Shown here: in pieces, positions 7,459 to 13,903 of the stretch | Numbering within the stretch: position 1 is the first letter of the stretch | Layout: every line of letters starts with the position of its first letter | Assembly (NCBI GenBank): GCA_963766075.1 | Contig: CAVYAN010000109.1 | Location: 1 to 13,903, forward strand | DNA length: 13,903 nucleotides | Direction: 5' to 3' | From: an uncultured cyanobacterium | GTDB lineage: Bacteria; Cyanobacteriota; Cyanobacteriia; Leptolyngbyales; Leptolyngbyaceae | Position numbers and translations under genes: made by a program | Notes under the pieces: model-generated | Told to the model about the DNA's origin: nothing | Database searches by the model: none | What the model saw: the letters and a program-made list of their open reading frames with translations, nothing else

Positions 7459-8463
7459 ATGTTTAAGTTCCTGCGAAATCGGCTTACCCCCATCTGGTCA
7501 CGTATGGGATTGGCGCTAGCCGCCCTGTTTCTGACAGTTGCCTGTTCCACCCCAAAGAATCCCCTTTCACCCGTTCCCCTTAACTCTAGCACCAATAACT
7601 GGGTGGGTCTTACCGGTCATTACATTGCCAACGCCAAAGACTTCTTTAGAAAGGAAGGCGTCTTGGTCAAGGACTCCTTCTTCGCCGTCGAGGGTGAACA
7701 ACAAGCGGCCTTTATCGCGAAAAAAGTCGATATTGCTTGGTTCACCTCTGGGTCGGCCATCCAGGTTGCAGCCAAAGACCCCACCGCCAAAATTATCTAT
7801 TTAATTGACTATTCCAATGGGGGCGATGGCATCCTTGGCCGGGGGATTCAATCCCCCCAAGACGTGAAAGGCAAAACCATCGCATGCGAGAACATTCTGT
7901 TTGAGAAAGTACTGCTGCGGGCCTATTTGAATAAAGGGGGCCTAACCGAAAAGGATGTCACCATTCAAGACATGCCAGCCGCCGATGCGGCCACGGCCTT
8001 TGCCTCCAAAAAAGTGGATATCGCCGTCAGCTATGAGCCCTATTTACGCCAAGCTGCGAAGTTGGGTGGCGGAGAAGTGATCTTTTCCACCGCCAATACG
8101 AATCTAGTTGCCGATGTGGTGATGGTGCATGACTCTGTGTTGCAATCTCGCAGGGCCGATTTAAAAAATTATTTCAAGGCTGTCGATAAAGCCGTCAAGT
8201 TGGCGATCGCCGCCGATCCAGAAGCCATGAAAATCACGGCAGATACCTTGGGTTCTTCGGCGGAAGAGGTCAAACAACAATTGAAATTTGTCAAACTATT
8301 TGATGTCGAAGGCAATAAAACCGTTGCTTTTAAAAAGGACAATCCCAATAGCTTAATCGGGAATTTGGAATTGGTTGCCAAGGCAGCCTACGATTTCAAG
8401 ATAATTTCCAAACCGTTATCGGTTGATCAACTCTACGATGATTCGATTATCAAAGAGCTGTAA
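7459..8463 (+). CDS. ABC transporter substrate-binding lipoprotein (NMT1/SsuA-like), copy 1
   Basis: Signal peptide with lipobox LTVAC; NNWVG, IDYSNGGDGI, VKGKTIA, VDIAVSYEPYL motifs. ATG 7459 aligns with the start of copy 2. Confidence 0.9.
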   Translation: MFKFLRNRLTPIWSRMGLALAALFLTVACSTPKNPLSPVPLNSSTNNWVGLTGHYIANAKDFFRKEGVLVKDSFFAVEGEQQAAFIAKKVDIAWFTSGSAIQVAAKDPTAKIIYLIDYSNGGDGILGRGIQSPQDVKGKTIACENILFEKVLLRAYLNKGGLTEKDVTIQDMPAADAATAFASKKVDIAVSYEPYLRQAAKLGGGEVIFSTANTNLVADVVMVHDSVLQSRRADLKNYFKAVDKAVKLAIAADPEAMKITADTLGSSAEEVKQQLKFVKLFDVEGNKTVAFKKDNPNSLIGNLELVAKAAYDFKIISKPLSVDQLYDDSIIKEL

Positions 8464-8478
8464 CTTCAACGGCGGCTA

Positions 8479-8503
8479 TCGAGGGGCGACCTTGCCCCCT
8501 CGA
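8479..8503 (+). other. GC-rich intercistronic stem-loop after binding protein 1
   Basis: TCGAGGGGC-GACCTT-GCCCCCTCGA; a related hairpin follows copy 2. Confidence 0.55.
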
Positions 8504-8631
8504 GTTTCCTCCGTTCAGGCAATGTCTTCATAGCAAGCAAATAGTGAATTGGGAGCATTCACCTCTATTATCTATATTGACAACAGTTACCGAGCTTATC
8601 ATCGGATTTATCATCTACCGGATCCCCATTT

Positions 8632-9633
8632 ATGCCTAGATTTCTTCGCAACCGGTTCACCTCTGCTTGGTCACTGATAGGACTGACGCTAGTCTCTCTA
8701 TTTCTGACGGTTGCCTGCACCACTCAGAATGCCCCTCAGTCCACGCCCCTTAACTCGGGTACCAATAACTGGGTGGGCTACACCGGTCATCACATTGCCG
8801 TCGGTAAAGGCTTCTTCAAAGAGCAGAACGTCCCTGTACAGGATTTCTTCTTCTCTAGTGAGAGTGAAGAACAAACGGCCTTTCTCGCTAAAAAACTTGA
8901 TCTGGCTTGGTTCACCTCTGGGACTGCCGTACAGGTCGCGGCCCAAGACCCCACCGCCAAAATTATCTATTTGATTGACTATTCCAATGGGGGCGATGGC
9001 ATCATTGGGCGGGGGATTAAGTCTCCTGCAGATGCGAAAGGCAAGACCATTGCGCGGGAGGACATTCTGTTTGAAAAGGTGCTGTTGCGGGCCTATTTGA
9101 ACAAGGGCGGCCTGACCGAGAAGGATGTCACCATCAAGTCCATGCCGGCTGCCGATGCCGCTACCGCCTTTGCTGCCAAGCAAGTAGATATTGCCGTTAG
9201 CTATGAGCCCTATCTCCGCAAAGCCGCGAAGTTGGGCGGCGGAGAGGTGATCTTTTCTACAGCCAACACCAACCTGATCGCGGATGTGGTGATGGTCCAT
9301 GAGGATGTGTTGAAGTCCCGCAAGGCCGATTTACAAACTTACTTTAAGGCCGTGGATAAAGCCGTCAAATTGGCGATCGCGGCGGATCCAGAAGCCATGA
9401 AAATTACGGGAGATAAGCTAGGCATTTCGGCGGATGAGGTTAAGGAACAATTAAAATTGGTGAAGCTTTTTGATGTCGATGGCAATAAAACCGTTGGCTT
9501 TAACAAGGATAATCCCAGTAATTTAAAGGGGAATTTGGAATTGAATGCCAAGGCAGCCTACGATTTCAAAATAATTTCCAAACCGCTGTCCGTTGATCAA
9601 CTCTACGATGATTCGATTATCAAAGGGCTGTAA
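8632..9633 (+). CDS. ABC transporter substrate-binding lipoprotein (NMT1/SsuA-like), copy 2
   Basis: Lipobox LTVAC; colinear paralogue of 7459..8463 with long identical stretches. Confidence 0.92.
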   Translation: MPRFLRNRFTSAWSLIGLTLVSLFLTVACTTQNAPQSTPLNSGTNNWVGYTGHHIAVGKGFFKEQNVPVQDFFFSSESEEQTAFLAKKLDLAWFTSGTAVQVAAQDPTAKIIYLIDYSNGGDGIIGRGIKSPADAKGKTIAREDILFEKVLLRAYLNKGGLTEKDVTIKSMPAADAATAFAAKQVDIAVSYEPYLRKAAKLGGGEVIFSTANTNLIADVVMVHEDVLKSRKADLQTYFKAVDKAVKLAIAADPEAMKITGDKLGISADEVKEQLKLVKLFDVDGNKTVGFNKDNPSNLKGNLELNAKAAYDFKIISKPLSVDQLYDDSIIKGL

Positions 9634-9651
9634 CTTTAGCTGCATCAATCA

Positions 9652-9669
9652 GGGGGCGAACTTGCCCCC
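9652..9669 (+). other. GC-rich intercistronic stem-loop after binding protein 2
   Basis: GGGGGC-GAACTT-GCCCCC, homologous to the hairpin at 8479-8503. Confidence 0.5.
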
Positions 9670-9705
9670 CAAAATTCCCTCCTTTCAGATAAACAGACTG
9701 CAATC

Positions 9706-11067
9706 ATGGCTGAAACACTGACCCCGGAATTACAAACTCTAAAAACGTCTCTGGAAGCCCAAGGCGTGAAATATGCCCTAGCCAGCTTTGTCGATTTGCA
9801 TGGCATGAGCAAAGCCAAAGCCGTGCCCCTGGCCCACCTGGGACAGATGATGGCTGGATCGGAACTGTTCACGGGGGCCGCCTTGGATGGGGTACCCCAG
9901 GATGTTAGCGATGAGGAAGTCTCTGCCCGCCCTGATCTTAGCTCTGCCACCATTCTGCCCTGGCAGCCCGAATTAGTCTGGTTTGCCAGTGATTTGTATC
10001 TCAAAGGCCAACCCTTTGCCGCCTGTTGCCGACACATTCTGAAAACCGTTCTAGCCGAAGCCGCTCAGATGGGATTTACCTTCAACCTCGGCATTGAAAC
10101 GGAGTTTTTCATTCTCAAGGAAACATCGGCGGGCGAGGCGGTGCCCGTGAGCGATCGCGATACTCTGGCGAAACCCTGCTACGACCTCCAGGGCTTGCTC
10201 GACAATTATCCCTGGGTTACCGAAATTGTTGAGGCCATGAACCAGTTGGGCTGGGATGTTTATTCCTTCGATCATGAAGATGCCAATGGTCAGTTTGAAA
10301 CCGATTTTGGGTATTGTGATGCCCTGAAAATGGGCGATCGCATTGCCTTCTTCCGTCTCATGGTCAAGGAAATTGCCCGCAAGCATGGCTACTTTGCCAG
10401 CTTTATGCCCAAGCCCTTTGCCAATCGCTCCGGCAGTGGGGCGCACTACAACATGTCCCTAGCCGACATCACCACGGGAAAAAACCTGTTTTATAACGCG
10501 GACGACAGTCGTGGATGCCAGCTTTCTCAACTTGGCTATCAGTTTATCGCGGGCATTCTTCGCCATGCGCCCGCGATCTGTGCCGTGATTGCCCCCACGG
10601 TGAACAGCTATAAACGCTTGGTCGCACGCGGCAGCATGTCCGGCTTTACCTGGGCTCCCGTGTATATGTGCTATGGCAATAATAATCGCACCAATATGTT
10701 GCGGATTCCCCTGGCGGGCGGGCGAGTCGAATGTCGGGCCGCCGATATTTCCAGCAATGTTTATCTGGGGGCAGCCATGCTGTTGGCCGCGGGCTTAGAA
10801 GGCATTCGCGAGCAGTTGGATCCGGGGGAGCCGCATACGGAAAATATGTATACCCACTCGCCGCAAGCGTTGACCGAGATGGGGATTGGCTGTTTGCCGC
10901 GCACCCTAGGGGAGGCGATCGCCGCATTTGCCCAGGATCCCTTCAGTCAAAAAGTCATGGGCGATTTGATGTACCACTCCTACGTGGACTATAAAACCCA
11001 GGAATGGCAGGACTACCACAATCACATTTCGGATTGGGAACGGCAACGCTACTTGAAGTTTTTCTAA
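9706..11067 (+). CDS. glnT: GlnT-type ('type III') glutamate-ammonia ligase / gamma-glutamylmethylamide synthetase-like protein
   Basis: FVDLHGMSKAKAVP, GIETEFF, DHEDANGQFE, FMPKPF...GSGAHYNMSL, APTVNSYKRL, TWAP, NNRTNMLRIP, RVECRAAD. DHEDANGQFE and TWAP...NNRT are characteristic of the GlnT/GmaS clade rather than GlnA. Confidence 0.88.
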   Translation: MAETLTPELQTLKTSLEAQGVKYALASFVDLHGMSKAKAVPLAHLGQMMAGSELFTGAALDGVPQDVSDEEVSARPDLSSATILPWQPELVWFASDLYLKGQPFAACCRHILKTVLAEAAQMGFTFNLGIETEFFILKETSAGEAVPVSDRDTLAKPCYDLQGLLDNYPWVTEIVEAMNQLGWDVYSFDHEDANGQFETDFGYCDALKMGDRIAFFRLMVKEIARKHGYFASFMPKPFANRSGSGAHYNMSLADITTGKNLFYNADDSRGCQLSQLGYQFIAGILRHAPAICAVIAPTVNSYKRLVARGSMSGFTWAPVYMCYGNNNRTNMLRIPLAGGRVECRAADISSNVYLGAAMLLAAGLEGIREQLDPGEPHTENMYTHSPQALTEMGIGCLPRTLGEAIAAFAQDPFSQKVMGDLMYHSYVDYKTQEWQDYHNHISDWERQRYLKFF

Positions 11068-11073
11068 CTGGAG

Positions 11074-11934
11074 ATGCCCACCGTGATCACCCCCTCAACG
11101 CCCATTCCCCCAAGCAGTCGCCAGCACACCTACTTGCAACCCTCCGTATTTTGGAGCATTCGCCAAGGCTTCCCGAAGCGGCTATCGTTTTTGATCGTGA
11201 GTCTGGCGCTGGCCATACCGCTGGTGTTTTGGTCAATCTTCAGTTACTCCGGGCTGGTGACGCCGATCTTCCTGCCTACCCCCACGGCGGTGTTGCAGGC
11301 TGGACTGAAAATGTTCGCTGAAAATAACCTGCTGCTGGATATCCTGGTTAGCAGTGGCCGGGTACTGGCGGGGTTTCTGGTGGCCGCTCTCATCGGTGTG
11401 CCCATCGGCATTGCGATGGGCACGTTTTACAGTATGGACAGTCTGTTTGCCCCATTGGTGGGCACCGTGCGCTATATGCCCGTCACCGCTTTTGTGCCGT
11501 TGATTATCATTTGGGTGGGGCTGGGTGAAGCCTCCAAGGTGCTGATCATCATGCTGGGTGTTGTGTTGTATAACGCGATCATGATTGCCGACGCTGTGAA
11601 GTTTATCCCCAGTGAAATGATTAATGTGGCCTATACGCTGGGTGGCAATCGCTGGGATGTTCTGTTCCGCGTCATTGTGCCTGCGGCGTTTCCCAGCGTG
11701 CTCGATACGCTGCGGGTCAATATTTCCGGAGCATGGAATTTTTTAGTGATTGCGGAATTAGTGGCGGCGCAAAATGGCATTGGATTCAAAATCATTCAGG
11801 CCCAGCGCTTTCTGCAAACCGATAAAGTGCTCTTCTGCATTATTTTAATTGGCCTGATTGGCTTAATCATCGACTACGGGCTGAAATTTCTGTCGCAAAA
11901 GCTCACTCCCTGGGCGGATCAAACCCGCCATTAA
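11074..11934 (+). CDS. ABC transporter permease, NitT/TauT family
   Basis: FLPTPTAV, hydrophobic helices, EAA-like loop MINVAYTLGGNRWDVLFRVIVPAAFP, WNFLVIAELVAA. Confidence 0.92.
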   Translation: MPTVITPSTPIPPSSRQHTYLQPSVFWSIRQGFPKRLSFLIVSLALAIPLVFWSIFSYSGLVTPIFLPTPTAVLQAGLKMFAENNLLLDILVSSGRVLAGFLVAALIGVPIGIAMGTFYSMDSLFAPLVGTVRYMPVTAFVPLIIIWVGLGEASKVLIIMLGVVLYNAIMIADAVKFIPSEMINVAYTLGGNRWDVLFRVIVPAAFPSVLDTLRVNISGAWNFLVIAELVAAQNGIGFKIIQAQRFLQTDKVLFCIILIGLIGLIIDYGLKFLSQKLTPWADQTRH

Positions 11935-11954
11935 GCCTGCATGCTGGTCAGCGC

Positions 11955-12476
11955 TCAACCACTGGCACAGTCCGAACCCTCAAAGCCTGATTCTAATTTC
12001 TTCTCCCAGAATAAGGCCCGCCCCATTTGAGGATCGAGCTCAAAGCCCCTGAAGCCGAAGGCTGCGTAGGCGGCTTGGGCCACCCGGTTGCCCTCTAGAA
12101 CCTCCAGGGTCAGTTTGCAGCAGCCCAAATCCAGGGCGATCGCCTCGGCTTTCTGGAGCAGGCGTTTGGACAAGCCTTTCCCTCGATAAGGCGATGCGAC
12201 GATGACATCGTGAATATTCAGTAGGGGTTTGCAGGCAAAGGTTGAGAAACCTTCTAAACAGACCACCATCCCCGCTGGTTCCCCATCTACCATCGCCAGA
12301 ATGACATGGGCGGCTGTTCTCTTGGCCAATTCTGTGGGGAGATTGGCTTTCACGAAGTCGGGCAGTCCTTGGCCACCCCCCATGGGATCCAGCGCATAGG
12401 CCTCTAGTAACTGAACCATGGCCTCCGCCTGGGCGGGCAGGCTCAGATCGGCTTCAAAAATTTCAATTATCTCCAT
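11955..12476 (-). CDS. GNAT-family N-acetyltransferase
   Basis: GFSTFACKPLLNIHDVIV..YRGKGLSKRLL...GCCKLTLEVLEGN..AQAAY..FGF; acetyl-CoA motif A present. Confidence 0.9.
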   Translation of the reverse strand: MEIIEIFEADLSLPAQAEAMVQLLEAYALDPMGGGQGLPDFVKANLPTELAKRTAAHVILAMVDGEPAGMVVCLEGFSTFACKPLLNIHDVIVASPYRGKGLSKRLLQKAEAIALDLGCCKLTLEVLEGNRVAQAAYAAFGFRGFELDPQMGRALFWEKKLESGFEGSDCASG

Positions 12477-12518
12477 CCTTGTCCCTCTACACCCTCACCC
12501 TGGCTCGGGCATGTCCCC

Positions 12519-13766
12519 CTACTTTTCCACCCGATTTTCCGCCCCTCCCAGAGGCACAGGATAGGACTTCCCCTGGGCAAACAGCAGCCATAAGGGGCGC
12601 GATTGCAGCCCCAATACGATCAGCAGCAAGACTCCCAAAATTCCCGCCTTCACCTGATTAGCCAGAGTCCATTCCAAATTACCCAGATAGCTGGACCCCA
12701 GCAAAAGGGTATGCAATGCCGCCAAAATCAGGGCGGGCACCGTTAACAGATGAATCCGTCGCCAATGGGGACCCAGACGTCGCGCCATGCCATCAAAACT
12801 CGTGAGCGCCGCAGGCGTCATACCTAATATAGCCAGAAAGCCGCAGCCCATGGCAACTTGGTGCTGGGGCAGCATGAAGGCAATCCGATCAATTTGCCAC
12901 CCTAAGGTGTGGTCCATCATATGAAGCGTGTGGGCGATCGCTAAAATGAAAGCCCCCACCCCCAAGGCGCGACGATAGTGTAATAGCCCCGGCCACAGAG
13001 GACTGAGCGGACGCGCCAGCAAGGCCAGCATCAGGCCCAGCAGCGCTCCGTGCCCCGTGTAATCCACCATCTCACTGGAGCGGCACACCGTCAAAACGCC
13101 AATGATTAGCGTCACCCAACCGCCCATGCGGAACAGTTGGCTGCGGCGATCGGCACTGAGCAAGGCACTGGCCGTGCCCACTGTAACCATGGATGGCACA
13201 GTCCCCAGACCAAAGGCCAACATGGTCAAGGCCCCTCGCCCCCAACTGCCCGTGGACGCAGCGTTAATCTGGGCCGCATATAAAAAGCCGCAGGGAATTA
13301 ACCCCCAGGCTATGCCCAGCACGAGCGGTGTCCACCCGTGCTGTCGGGTAGCTAACTGGTCCATGGCACGCTGCAACTGTTGGTGCAATTTCCCTTGCAG
13401 CAATGGATGCACTAAGGGAATGTGGGGCAACTGGCCGGGGGCAATGTGACTCAGCCCCAGAAAAATAAGCAGCAGCCCTGTCATCAAGGTCATTGTTTGG
13501 CGCAGCAGACTGTCAATGCCAGCTAACTGTCCACCCGCCGCGACAATATCACCGACGGCACCCAACACCCCGCCAACCACGGCATAGCTTGTGACTCGGC
13601 CTACATTCACCCAAAGATGAAACCCCAACTGCTGTGGCCACCCTTTGGCCGAATCAGCGTGCTGCGCTAGGGAAAAGGCGACCGTGAGTGGGCCACACAT
13701 ACCAACACAGTGGCCAAAGCTGCCAACTAAGCCCAGCAGCGCCACCAGGAATAATTCCGTTCCCAC
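12519..13766 (-). CDS. Membrane protein: DsbD_2 / TauE-SafE-like N-terminal domain fused to a ferric-reductase-like (MsrQ-type) transmembrane domain
   Basis: GSFGHCVGMCGP, GRVTSY, GLIPCGFLY, MLAFGLGTVP in the N-half; RRALGVGAF...H, ALTSFD...LGPHWRRIHLL...LAALH in the C-half. Confidence 0.85.
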   Translation of the reverse strand: MGTELFLVALLGLVGSFGHCVGMCGPLTVAFSLAQHADSAKGWPQQLGFHLWVNVGRVTSYAVVGGVLGAVGDIVAAGGQLAGIDSLLRQTMTLMTGLLLIFLGLSHIAPGQLPHIPLVHPLLQGKLHQQLQRAMDQLATRQHGWTPLVLGIAWGLIPCGFLYAAQINAASTGSWGRGALTMLAFGLGTVPSMVTVGTASALLSADRRSQLFRMGGWVTLIIGVLTVCRSSEMVDYTGHGALLGLMLALLARPLSPLWPGLLHYRRALGVGAFILAIAHTLHMMDHTLGWQIDRIAFMLPQHQVAMGCGFLAILGMTPAALTSFDGMARRLGPHWRRIHLLTVPALILAALHTLLLGSSYLGNLEWTLANQVKAGILGVLLLIVLGLQSRPLWLLFAQGKSYPVPLGGAENRVEK

Positions 13767-13903
13767 TAAATCTAGCCCCCTATGATAATCCAGCCTAATG
13801 TATGGTCCAGTTCCATGGCGAGGCCCTTTTCCGGTGGGGTCGCCCTAGCTATGGGGTTGTTTCTGGAAGAGGCGGATTCTCAGTCGCCTCGGTCTGATCG
13901 GTG

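Larger units (their letters stand above)
573..12941. repeat. Dispersed HIP1 octamers (GCGATCGC)
   Basis: About two dozen copies counted by eye, e.g. 573, 972, 1281, 1545, 1611, 1633, 1833, 2676, 2936, 3247, 3921, 6398, 7039, 8203, 9373, 10151, 12136, 12934. Confidence 0.9.

Noticed and set aside
7538..9551. Pairs of similar small ORFs (7538/8711 and 8169/9339)
   Set aside because: Their similarity is a by-product of the binding-protein duplication.
6568..11934. Nitrate, bicarbonate or sulfonate transporter (nrtABCD, cmp, ssu)
   Set aside because: Same ABC family, but the binding proteins are shorter and unlike NrtA/CmpA, no NrtC-type fusion is present, and the riboswitch points to another substrate.

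Overview
Cyanobacterial chromosomal window: about two dozen HIP1 octamers (GCGATCGC) and an NtcA box. Left ~3.2 kb is a decaying accessory region. It holds the 3' part of a DUF3883 (PD-(D/E)xK-like) gene ending in a well-formed integron attC site, then at least four type II toxin-antitoxin modules (MazF-, HigBA-, RelE-like killer/antidote, PIN-type). Every recognisable toxin is broken and most antitoxins are intact. Centre: RarA/MgsA ATPase fused to a SAM-methyltransferase-like domain, and a small HTH-like gene. Main feature (6171-11934): an NtcA-type promoter and a guanidine-I (ykkC-yxkD) riboswitch precede an operon of a NitT/TauT-type ABC importer with two diverged tandem substrate-binding lipoproteins and a GlnT/GmaS-like glutamate-amine ligase. 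No known guanidine-degrading enzyme is in the operon, so it is a candidate undescribed guanidine or alkylamine glutamylation pathway. Right end: a GNAT acetyltransferase and a DsbD_2/ferric-reductase-like membrane fusion on the minus strand.
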